Assembly (NCBI GenBank): GCA_017610305.1
Contig: JAFCCJ010000003.1
Coordinates: 1 to 44,471 of the forward strand
Length of the DNA: 44,471 nt
Direction: 5' to 3'
Origin: Candidatus Iainarchaeum sp.
GTDB lineage: Archaea; Iainarchaeota; Iainarchaeia; Iainarchaeales; JAFCCJ01
This document shows, in pieces, positions 36,646 to 44,471 of this stretch (the stretch's first letter is position 1; each line of letters begins with the position of its first letter). Position numbers and translations under genes: made by a program. The notes below the pieces were generated by a model. That model was not told where the DNA came from. It did not search any database and worked only from the letters and a program-made list of their open reading frames with translations.

Positions 36646-36758
36646 TGCAGCCGCCGGGATTCGAACCCGGGTCAAGAGCTAACCTCTTCCTTTTTGCAAA
36701 CTTTTTGCCGGCAAAAAGGTTTTGGAAGGCTCTGATCCTACCACTAGACCACGGCTGC
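36646..36758 (-). tRNA. tRNA-Gly(TCC) with a 42-nt intron at 37/38 (intron 36681-36722)
   Basis: GCAGCCG/CGGCTGC acceptor stem, TAGTGGTA D arm, AGAGC-CTTCCA[intron]A-GCTCT, GGTTCGAATCC T arm; BHB-like pairing; CCA not encoded. Confidence 0.93.
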
Positions 36759-36816
36759 CTTGCCTAATATCTGTAATTCAGGAATATTTAAATACTTCAT
36801 TGGTTCTAATAACTCC

Positions 36817-37761
36817 ATGCAATACGCGAATATCCTAAAGGATGCTTTTAGTTCCCTTAAATACGGAAGTACCTGGCTTTATGCTGTGGCATTTCTAATA
36901 GCAATGACAATCTATTATGTCCTGTACTTTGCAATAATATTTGGCACAGTGATTAATCCTCTTGTTTTGTTGTTAATAATTCCCCTCCAAATACTTCTTA
37001 TCCTGGCTATGATTTTTATTGCGGCCCGTATAGTGTTAAAGGCTCTCAAGATATTTGGTTTGCCGACAGCAGCTTTCGACATTGTTAAATTTCTAAAGCT
37101 GTTTCTTTTGTCAATAGTTGTGGCCGTAATTTCCATATTGTCGCTAATAATTATCATCGGCATTCCCGGATGGATTGTTTCGATTCTTCTTGGAAGCCCT
37201 GCAGATATGTTGGTGCAGGTAATTCTGTTCATTGTTTGGAGTATCGTAGTTGCTTACTTGGCGCTAAGGTTTTTCCTCTATATGGCAATTTTTATTTCAA
37301 AGGATATTGGCATTATAGGCGCCCTTAAAGAAAGCTGGAATGTGACAAAAGGAAATATCCTAAGCATTATCGTTGCACACATATTATTTTTCATAGTTCT
37401 TTTCGTCCTCATGATTGTTTTATCCGTAATAGCAGGAATATTATTTTTCATAGTGACAATAATTACAGCCATAATTTCAGCGGCGATAGGGGACCTGACA
37501 ATCGCCTTTATTTTGGTTGGTTTACTCTACCTGATTTTAATTCTTGTAATGTCTGTGATTTGGGGTGCCCTTGTAGTCGTCCAGACCTATTTCCAGGTTG
37601 CAATCTATAGGGATTTGTTGGGAGGCAGATCTTCCCCACAAACCCAGTCAGAAATCCAGAAACCACAAGCCTCTAGAGCTCAAAAGCCGGCGGCACAAAA
37701 GCCAATTTCCCAATCGGGAAAATCTCAAATTTCAGGCTTGCGCAGCTCAAGAATGCCCTAA
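36817..37761 (+). CDS. Polytopic membrane protein with Q/S/K/P-rich tail
   Basis: 6-7 hydrophobic segments, GIIGALKESWNVTKGN motif; ATG 36817 is more plausible than TTG 36760. Confidence 0.75.
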   Translation: MQYANILKDAFSSLKYGSTWLYAVAFLIAMTIYYVLYFAIIFGTVINPLVLLLIIPLQILLILAMIFIAARIVLKALKIFGLPTAAFDIVKFLKLFLLSIVVAVISILSLIIIIGIPGWIVSILLGSPADMLVQVILFIVWSIVVAYLALRFFLYMAIFISKDIGIIGALKESWNVTKGNILSIIVAHILFFIVLFVLMIVLSVIAGILFFIVTIITAIISAAIGDLTIAFILVGLLYLILILVMSVIWGALVVVQTYFQVAIYRDLLGGRSSPQTQSEIQKPQASRAQKPAAQKPISQSGKSQISGLRSSRMP

Positions 37762-37849
37762 AATTTTTAAGGCCTTTTTTGTAAATACTCCAATTAATCT
37801 GATTCCAAAGGAAAGGGTTTTTAATTAAGTGAATCTAATTATAGATTAG

Positions 37850-38482
37850 ATGCCAAAAGGAAAATTTGTAGTTTTTGACGGGCTGGACGGCTCAGGCAAG
37901 GGAACAATCCTGAAAAAGATAGCGGATTATTTGGTTAAGAAAGGCATTCCTAAAAAGAATATCCTTTCCACCAAGGAACCAACAGATGGGGAGTATGGAA
38001 AGAAAGTGAGGGAACTGCAGCGCAGTGATTCATTGCCTGAGGAAGCCGCCCATGAAATGCTTGATTACTATGTGAATGACCGAATTGAGCATCTGGGCAT
38101 GGAAATAATCCCTGCCCTGAATAAGGGAAAAATCGTTTTATGCGACCGTTACAAATACTCGACAATAGTTTACCAATTTGCACAGGGCCTCCCCCTGGTT
38201 GAACTAATCCGTTTGCATGAAAAGATGCTGGTTCCGGATTTAGTGCTAATTTTTGATGTCCCCTCAGAAATAGCGCTGGAAAGGATAGTGAAGGACAAGA
38301 ACAGGGACTTGATTGAAAAGTTCGAGAAAAAAGACTTTCTAGATAGGGTAAGAAATAAGTTCCTGGATTTGCCCAATTTCATACTCGGCGAAAACATAAA
38401 AATAATAGATGCCTCAAAACCAGTTGATGATGTGTTTGAGGAAACCAAAAGCGAAATCGACAAGCTACTGAAACTTTCATAG
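37850..38482 (+). CDS. tmk: Thymidylate kinase
   Basis: FDGLDGSGKGT, KEPT, DR.EH, CDRY..S...YQ, PDLVL, IIDAS. Confidence 0.95.
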   Translation: MPKGKFVVFDGLDGSGKGTILKKIADYLVKKGIPKKNILSTKEPTDGEYGKKVRELQRSDSLPEEAAHEMLDYYVNDRIEHLGMEIIPALNKGKIVLCDRYKYSTIVYQFAQGLPLVELIRLHEKMLVPDLVLIFDVPSEIALERIVKDKNRDLIEKFEKKDFLDRVRNKFLDLPNFILGENIKIIDASKPVDDVFEETKSEIDKLLKLS

Positions 38483-38491
38483 TGACAAGCA

Positions 38492-39076
38492 ATGCCTCCT
38501 AGAAGAACACAGAGAAAAATATCCGTGTGCAAAATAACTGAACCAATGGCTGATGAATTTTTCTGGAATCATAACACGCCCCCCAAAGTAAAGGTCCACT
38601 CAATCGCTGTCAGTAGGCTTGCCAAAAATCTTGCTGAACAAGCGGTAACGAAACCAAAGCTAAAAATGGAAACAACTCCTGAGCACTTATACTTTGCTGG
38701 TTTGTTGCACGATGTCGCAAAAAACCCGGGAAAAAGGTCAAATGACTTTGATCCCGAACACTCTTGGAAGGGGGGAATGGCATTGTTTAAGGCCGATAAA
38801 GAGGTCGCAAAAATCGCAGGTTATCATGATTTTTTGAATTTTGCAAGATCCGACCTCTCATTTGACCAGAAATTACTTATTTACTGCGATTTGCGGATAG
38901 TGGGGGGAAAAACCGTTACCCTAAGCACAAGAATTAATGCAATCATAAAAAAATGGAAAAAAAGCCCCCGATATAAAATCTGGGCGGAAGAAGTTAAAGA
39001 AGCAAAAAGCCACGCATTTGCATTTCAAAGATTGCTGGAAGAAAACGGAATCAAAATTAATTCAAAGATCCACTGA
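38492..39076 (+). CDS. HD-domain metal-dependent phosphohydrolase
   Basis: HSIAV, AGLLHDVAK, EH...G, YHD, YCD. Confidence 0.85.
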   Translation: MPPRRTQRKISVCKITEPMADEFFWNHNTPPKVKVHSIAVSRLAKNLAEQAVTKPKLKMETTPEHLYFAGLLHDVAKNPGKRSNDFDPEHSWKGGMALFKADKEVAKIAGYHDFLNFARSDLSFDQKLLIYCDLRIVGGKTVTLSTRINAIIKKWKKSPRYKIWAEEVKEAKSHAFAFQRLLEENGIKINSKIH

Positions 39077-39082
39077 TTTTCT

Positions 39083-39148
39083 GCGAGGCTAAAAGCCGAG
39101 CAAGGCCCCCCGAAGGGGGGTGCCTTGTCAACTGAGGCTTCAGTTGAA
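39083..39148 (-). repeat. tRNA-trailer three-hairpin element E2
   Basis: TTCAACTGAAGCCTCAGTTGAC-AAGGCACCCCCCTTCGGGGGGCCT-TGCTCGGCTTTTAGCCTCGC directly after tRNA-Gly(CCC). Confidence 0.78.
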
Positions 39149-39219
39149 TGCAGCCGCCGGGATTCGAACCCGGGTCAGAAGCTTGGGAAGCTCCTATGCT
39201 ACCACTACACTACGGCTGC
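39149..39219 (-). tRNA. tRNA-Gly(CCC)
   Basis: GCAGCCGTAGTGTAGTGGTAGCATAGGAGCTTCCCAAGCTTCTGACCCGGGTTCGAATCCCGGCGGCTGCA folds as a 71-nt cloverleaf. Confidence 0.96.
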
Positions 39220-39273
39220 ATCATAAAACTTTCCCACGAAAGCAATTTAATTGTTTTATTTAGTGTTTTATCA

Positions 39274-40404
39274 ATGGACGAGCTAAAACTGATTTATCTG
39301 ATCAATTTCCTGCGAAGAATCTTCATATTCTCCACACAATTCTACCTCCCCTTTTATTTCCTTGAACTGGGATTCAATGGTTTGGAGGTGGGAATCCTCT
39401 TTGCCCTGTTTGCAATCCCCTCACTCCTAACAACCCTTCCCACAGGCCTGCTTAATGACAGGTTTACGGTAAAAAGATTAATCTTCGTAGGCCTGCTGAT
39501 GCTTATGGCCCATTACATAGGCCTTGCACTGATTAATTCCTTTTTTGGCATGGCAATACTCCTTTTCATCGGGGGACTGGGAAACAACATCTCTGAAACC
39601 TCAATAAGCTCATTTGTCCTGAAAAAGGTAAAGGGCGAAAAGGGAAAGGAATTCAGCATTTACACCTCGGCAAATTTCCTCGGCGTTGCGGCAGGCTTCC
39701 TGATAGGGGGAATTCTTCTCCAGTTCATTCCCTTTACAACAGTTTTCTGGATTATTGCCGCACTTTATTTTCTGCTCCTGTTCCTCACATTCCCGCTTTC
39801 AGAAACAATTTTCCACAGCGAGAAATTGGGAAAATACAAATCAGATTTGCTCAACCGCAATGTCCTTGTTTTTGCCCTGATCCTCTTCCTCTTCTCCCTC
39901 CACTGGGGGGCGGAAAGGGTCTCCTATTCCCCGTTCTTAAGGGAGGTGCTGAACCTAAACTTCTTTGAATCCGCAATTTATATGACCCTCCCGCTAATTG
40001 CACTTGCCGCGGTTGTGCTTCTCCTCGGGAGGAGAATCGATAAAGTGAAAAGTGTGAGAAAATATTTCTTTGCGGCAATCTTCCTAAGTGGCGCCGGGCA
40101 TATAGCAATGACAATCCCTGATTTGGGAATTTCATTTATTTCCCGAGTAATCCATGAAATCGGGGACGGGGTTCTTGATCTTGTTGTGCTTATAGGGATC
40201 GCAAAGCTTTTCAAAGATGCAAGAATCGGGGGCAATTCCTCATTCATTTTTTTGATGGCAACAACAGGTTTATTTGTAGGCTCCCTAATTTTCGGTCCAA
40301 TAGCAGAAACCTATGGCCATTCAATGCCCCTAATCATTTCAGGAATTATTTCATTAGTTGCATTGGTGATTGCATTCTTTGGAATGGACTGGATAAAGAA
40401 ATAA
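39274..40404 (+). CDS. MFS transporter
   Basis: About 12 TM, motif A GLLNDRF; start 39274 (the upstream ATG lies antisense within the tRNA). Confidence 0.9.
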   Translation: MDELKLIYLINFLRRIFIFSTQFYLPFYFLELGFNGLEVGILFALFAIPSLLTTLPTGLLNDRFTVKRLIFVGLLMLMAHYIGLALINSFFGMAILLFIGGLGNNISETSISSFVLKKVKGEKGKEFSIYTSANFLGVAAGFLIGGILLQFIPFTTVFWIIAALYFLLLFLTFPLSETIFHSEKLGKYKSDLLNRNVLVFALILFLFSLHWGAERVSYSPFLREVLNLNFFESAIYMTLPLIALAAVVLLLGRRIDKVKSVRKYFFAAIFLSGAGHIAMTIPDLGISFISRVIHEIGDGVLDLVVLIGIAKLFKDARIGGNSSFIFLMATTGLFVGSLIFGPIAETYGHSMPLIISGIISLVALVIAFFGMDWIKK

Positions 40405-40412
40405 ATTAATTA

Positions 40413-40473
40413 GCGAGGCTTAAGGCCGAGCAATCCCCGAAGGGGAGTCATGTCAACTGGAATGGCAGTTGAA
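40413..40473 (-). repeat. tRNA-trailer three-hairpin element E3
   Basis: TTCAACTGCCATTCCAGTTGAC-ATGAC-TCCCCTTCGGGGA-TTGCTCGGCCTTAAGCCTCGC directly after tRNA-Gly(GCC). Confidence 0.78.
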
Positions 40474-40544
40474 TGCGACCGCCGGGGGTCGAACCCGGGT
40501 CAGAACCTTGGCAAGGTCCTATCCTACCACTAGACTACGATCGC
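40474..40544 (-). tRNA. tRNA-Gly(GCC)
   Basis: GCGATCGTAGTCTAGTGGTAGGATAGGACCTTGCCAAGGTTCTGACCCGGGTTCGACCCCCGGCGGTCGCA folds as a 71-nt cloverleaf. Confidence 0.96.
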
Positions 40545-40602
40545 CTTAATTAGATAAAAAAGCTATAATATTTTTCTGAAAGGAAAGCCTTTAAAACAAA
40601 TT

Positions 40603-42318
40603 TCAGGCCCTCTTCCTCAGAAAAAAGAGTTGCTGCACTATTACCATAGCAATTATTCCCACAAGAACCCCGATTCCTATGAACGTAAGCCATTGCCTAC
40701 CAAGCAATTCCTCAATTAAGTTTTTTGGCTCGGGTTTTGGCGGCATTTCCCCATTTTTGAAAATCTCGAGGGAATCGTCCTCCCCTATCTCAATCCTGTA
40801 AATTTCCGGAGTGGTTGCGCCTATTTTAAGGTAGATGCTCCCGGGAACAAAATTATTGAAGGAATAGGAAAATGTTCGCCTTCTCTTTCCCGGGACCAAC
40901 TCCTCATACTCCGTAAACTTCCCTGAATAATTCAGCTCGATTGGAATACTGCCATCATTCAAACCGCTGTTGTAGAGTGCAATCTTAATGGTCAGGCTCT
41001 CCTCATCGATGGATGGAATAATGTCCTCCACCTCGATTAATGCCTCCACCTGCTGCCCGGCATAATAGGGATAAACATCAATGCCCCCTGAAAAATTCTG
41101 GTCCATTCCCTGCAAACTAAATGAATAGCGTTTCTTGAAACCATCATCCCCCTCCAGCGGAGCATAGATTTCCCAGGAAATTGTTTTGCTTTCTAGTGGT
41201 TTCAGCCAAACCATCCTCTTTTTGTCACCAAACTCAAAATCCTCGTGCATTGAAAGGCTTAAAGGATAGATGATGTGCTCCCCTGTTTTATTTTCAATAA
41301 CTGCATTGATGTCAAATAGCTGGTTTAGATAAAGGAAATCAGGCGCAGAAATTTCCATAGATGTAATCCCCTCAAAGAATTCAACAGAATTTATTTCAAC
41401 CTCGGGCTCATGAAGCTGGGTTGAGACAGTTATCGGCCTTCTGCTCCTTAATGTAACAATAAGGTTTATCGTCGCATTTGCATCGATTTCTTTTGCCAGT
41501 GAAATATGGGTCCCGTCAAGATAGCCCGCCTCACCATATGTGGAATCCACCCCAACCCATTTATCCCCTGCCAGTGCCTCAATCCAGCCATGGTTGCCGA
41601 ATTTCTCCCCGTCAAAACTGATTCCTGAAACATATCTTGCAGGAATTCCCTTAATCCTCAGGAATGCCGCACTGAGATTTGCGAATTCATCACAAACCCC
41701 CCTCCTGCTCAGATAGGTTTCCTTCGCACTCCAGGTCCCCTCATAGTAATCATAATCATACTCAATATTCCTGTTTACCCATTCAGTAATATCCCGCATT
41801 GCAAGAATTCCCGAGTCAGATGCAAATTCCAGGTCTGCCTTTTGAATTAGCTCTGAGTCATTGGATTCAATATGCTTGGTATTCCAGGTGAATTTCTGCA
41901 GCGATGGAATAATCTCGACAGGGATGCTGAAATCATCCTTAATTCCCGGCAATGATTCTGTAACCAGGTCGGCATTTATCTCAACCGTAAAGTCCCGGCT
42001 ATCTTTGAATCTTTGTAAATCACTAACATCAAATGCGGCATACCTGTTCCCGTTGTCAATTTCATGCCTTGGCCTGAAAACCTCGTCGCCGATAAGCAAT
42101 TTCTCATCAATATTGGTTATGCGGTGGTCCAAGGTGTCGGAAAAGGTGAGCATATTCACAATCATCAGGTCGCCATTTCCAATATCTCCCTCAATAGTTC
42201 CTGTGGCACGTAATTTTACGGAGACATCAATTGATTTTACCTTGTTTGGCGCAAATGCATAAGTGTTAATTGAAAGCGTCAGAAGCAAAAGCAGGATAAT
42301 GGCAATTGATTTCTTCAT
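40603..42318 (-). CDS. Secreted, membrane-anchored transglutaminase-like protein
   Basis: Signal peptide MKKSIAIILLL; GVCDEFA, GIPARYVSG, HGWIE, W..VDST (Cys-His-Asp triad); C-terminal TM. Confidence 0.9.
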   Translation of the reverse strand: MKKSIAIILLLLLTLSINTYAFAPNKVKSIDVSVKLRATGTIEGDIGNGDLMIVNMLTFSDTLDHRITNIDEKLLIGDEVFRPRHEIDNGNRYAAFDVSDLQRFKDSRDFTVEINADLVTESLPGIKDDFSIPVEIIPSLQKFTWNTKHIESNDSELIQKADLEFASDSGILAMRDITEWVNRNIEYDYDYYEGTWSAKETYLSRRGVCDEFANLSAAFLRIKGIPARYVSGISFDGEKFGNHGWIEALAGDKWVGVDSTYGEAGYLDGTHISLAKEIDANATINLIVTLRSRRPITVSTQLHEPEVEINSVEFFEGITSMEISAPDFLYLNQLFDINAVIENKTGEHIIYPLSLSMHEDFEFGDKKRMVWLKPLESKTISWEIYAPLEGDDGFKKRYSFSLQGMDQNFSGGIDVYPYYAGQQVEALIEVEDIIPSIDEESLTIKIALYNSGLNDGSIPIELNYSGKFTEYEELVPGKRRRTFSYSFNNFVPGSIYLKIGATTPEIYRIEIGEDDSLEIFKNGEMPPKPEPKNLIEELLGRQWLTFIGIGVLVGIIAMVIVQQLFFLRKRA

Positions 42319-44471
42319 TTGGACACGCCTTTCTCGAGTAACTTCCCAATCCATGCCCTAATGTTCTTCCCCAAAAAGCCCAGTACAAGGAGCATGACAA
42401 TCTGAATTATCAGGACAGCTACTGACGCAATCGAACCGACAAACACATACAAAAGTGCCGGAACTGCACCGAAAAGTATTGAGAATATAATCCTGCTGCC
42501 AAATCTCACAATCCGCAAAGGCATGTTTTCCATGTCCTTTACGGCAGGGATGAAATAACTGGCCTCAATAAATGCCAGTATCGTAATCAGTATATATGCC
42601 ATTATGAACAGCAGAGCAAAGAGCAGATTCTCCTTAACCAAGTCATCATCCAGAATAATTACTGTCTGGTCCGGCAGCACGAAAACTGTTTCAGATTCCT
42701 TGCGTCCGTGGAAATTTTTCTCCAGAATATATTTTCCAATGCTGACATTAAGCAATATCTGGCCGGCTTCCCTCACCTGGAAGGTCAATTCCCCATATTC
42801 ATCAGATTCCATCTCCTGCTCCCTTCCTGACTCATATATTACCTTGACCTTGAAAGGCATTTTTTTGCCGCTTTTCCCATTAAACAAAACAATGCGCTGA
42901 TTATCGCCAATTTTAACAGTTGAGCTGTAGTCGATGCGCCAATTGTTGCTTTGTGCATCCAATGGGTCAGTGCCCTCCTGAACCTCATCATAATCATTTA
43001 CCAAATCCCCGTCAGTATCCTCGTGATAGAGGTCAGTCCCTATCTGTAATTCATCCCAATCGTTCAGGCCTTCGCCGTCAGTGTCCAACTGTTTTAGCGT
43101 TTCCTCGTCCAAATCATCTGTTGAAACACACCTGCCGCTAACACAATGGGTGCCTTTATTGCACTCCCTGATGAATTTCTCCTTGTCGTTGCAGTCCCTA
43201 TCTTTTGGAACCCCGTCACCATCTTCGTCATTTGGGTCTCTCTCCCCCCCAGTTCCTGGTGAGCCTGAATACTGCTCTGGCGGATTGCATCCCGGCCTTG
43301 GTGTGTTCATGCAGTATGATGTTGGCAATCCCTGATTAAAGCATTCGTCTATTGTACAATCGTTACTATCAATACAGCCTCCTGAATCAAAGCAGGCAGG
43401 GCTTACACAAGATCCACTGCTGCAAACTTCCAAAACACCGCACACAACATCACTTGGGCAGGTTGAGCAGTCCTCTCCAGAATCAATAGAACCATTTCCG
43501 CAGTCTGCACCACAATCATCATCCTCTCCGGAGGTACATCCAGCTGGGCAGACCCCATCGTCATCACCACACACTGCGGCAACATTTTCGCACAATGCCT
43601 CACAACTTAATGGGTTTAAACAGGTATCAATTGTTGCCGGATTTCCGTCATCACATGCGGCATCATCCGCACAGGGGGCCGTACGCACATCAGAACAGCA
43701 AAAACCATCCACATATGCGGTGCCTCCACAGTCACATCTTGAGCTAATTTCGCCCTCAGGGCATATTTCGCATGCAAGGTCCTCGCCTTCACAATCCTGA
43801 TCAATCCCATCAAGGCAAATTTCAGTGGTGGGGTCGATTGAACCTGTACAATCTCCCCAAAGGCCGGCATTGCATGATTCTAGCCCCTCGATGCATGCAC
43901 CCACATCAGTTCCACAGGCCCTTGTGACATCATTGTCTATTGTCCCATCACAATCATTATCAAGGTTGTCGCAGGTTTCATCAACAGGCTCAACACTCCC
44001 CTCACAAACCCCCCAACTGCCGGCTACACAGTCCTGGATACCTGTGCTGCACTCCCCCGCATCAGTTCCGCAACTTTGGGTGTCAGGTGCTATACAAGGA
44101 CAACCCTCATCAGTTTCCCCATCACAGTCATTGTTTAGGCCATCACAATTGTCTGGGAAGATTTCCTCTGAAACAAAATCAGGACCATAATCACACGGGC
44201 TCCAGCCATCACTCCCGTCACAAGTCCTGTTGGATGTTGCCCCGGCACAAACACCCTGACTTAGGGGACAGGAAGGTGCTGTCAAATCCTCATCAACTGG
44301 CCCATCACAATCATTGTCCAGACCATCACAGAATTCGTTTGATGGCAATATTTCTCCTCCGCAACTAGACCATTCACCACTAACACAATACCTTATTCCT
44401 TGTTCACACACCCCGACACTGCTTCCACATGCCTCGCTTGCGCCAAATTCACATGAACAGCCTTCATCTAT
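42315..44471 (-). CDS. Large Cys/Asp-rich repeat surface protein (5'-truncated)
   Basis: Frame is open to the window edge; repeated E.CDGLDNDCDG..DE and CGTD.G.C..G...C..G.W..C units, DxDGDG repeats, 3 C-terminal TM helices. Confidence 0.88.
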   Translation of the reverse strand: MDEGCSCEFGASEACGSSVGVCEQGIRYCVSGEWSSCGGEILPSNEFCDGLDNDCDGPVDEDLTAPSCPLSQGVCAGATSNRTCDGSDGWSPCDYGPDFVSEEIFPDNCDGLNNDCDGETDEGCPCIAPDTQSCGTDAGECSTGIQDCVAGSWGVCEGSVEPVDETCDNLDNDCDGTIDNDVTRACGTDVGACIEGLESCNAGLWGDCTGSIDPTTEICLDGIDQDCEGEDLACEICPEGEISSRCDCGGTAYVDGFCCSDVRTAPCADDAACDDGNPATIDTCLNPLSCEALCENVAAVCGDDDGVCPAGCTSGEDDDCGADCGNGSIDSGEDCSTCPSDVVCGVLEVCSSGSCVSPACFDSGGCIDSNDCTIDECFNQGLPTSYCMNTPRPGCNPPEQYSGSPGTGGERDPNDEDGDGVPKDRDCNDKEKFIRECNKGTHCVSGRCVSTDDLDEETLKQLDTDGEGLNDWDELQIGTDLYHEDTDGDLVNDYDEVQEGTDPLDAQSNNWRIDYSSTVKIGDNQRIVLFNGKSGKKMPFKVKVIYESGREQEMESDEYGELTFQVREAGQILLNVSIGKYILEKNFHGRKESETVFVLPDQTVIILDDDLVKENLLFALLFIMAYILITILAFIEASYFIPAVKDMENMPLRIVRFGSRIIFSILFGAVPALLYVFVGSIASVAVLIIQIVMLLVLGFLGKNIRAWIGKLLEKGVSK

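Noticed and set aside
39126-39147. GTCAAC as an IscB/IS200-605 element end
   Set aside because: Only a 6-mer match; no tnpA/tnpB/iscB gene or long omega-RNA scaffold in the window.
39083-39148. tRNA trailers as HDV-like (theta) ribozymes
   Set aside because: They read as three serial hairpins; I could not build the nested double pseudoknot or a J4/2 catalytic C, and they do not start with G.
39148-39273. N-terminal extension of the MFS ORF
   Set aside because: Antisense translation of tRNA-Gly(CCC); the real start is likely 39274.
1-44471. CRISPR array, provirus, integrase or transposase
   Set aside because: No regularly spaced repeats and no cas, integrase, transposase or capsid motifs; repeats at 43800-44471 are protein-level.

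Overview
Compact archaeal core-genome window. Evidence: archaeal-type RadA, TPI, eIF6, S19e/L39e/L31e/L18Ae, prefoldin alpha, Rpp21, SRP54/FtsY, GGGP synthase, GGTGA-type SD motifs, TATA boxes and an intron-containing tRNA. Gene content (long RelA-type RSH, ether-lipid genes, basic orphans) suggests a DPANN lineage such as Diapherotrites/Iainarchaeota; this is an inference. About 55 CDS and all three tRNA-Gly isoacceptors are present. No CRISPR array, rRNA, transposase or integrase was seen. Most notable: (1) an unannotated ~60-85 nt three-hairpin element, conserved in structure but not sequence, directly 3' of each tRNA-Gly, with a fourth tRNA-less copy beside the radA promoter; (2) a hydrolase-dead, ExDD-type RelA-like (p)ppGpp synthetase with TGS/ZFD/ACT domains in an archaeon; (3) an orphan pseudo-histidine kinase; (4) structured 5' leaders on radA and the rps19e operon; (5) a 52-bp exact identity between two diverged ABC permease paralogues; (6) a Cys-rich surface protein coupled to a transglutaminase-like enzyme. 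All calls come from reading motifs by eye; no database searches were run.
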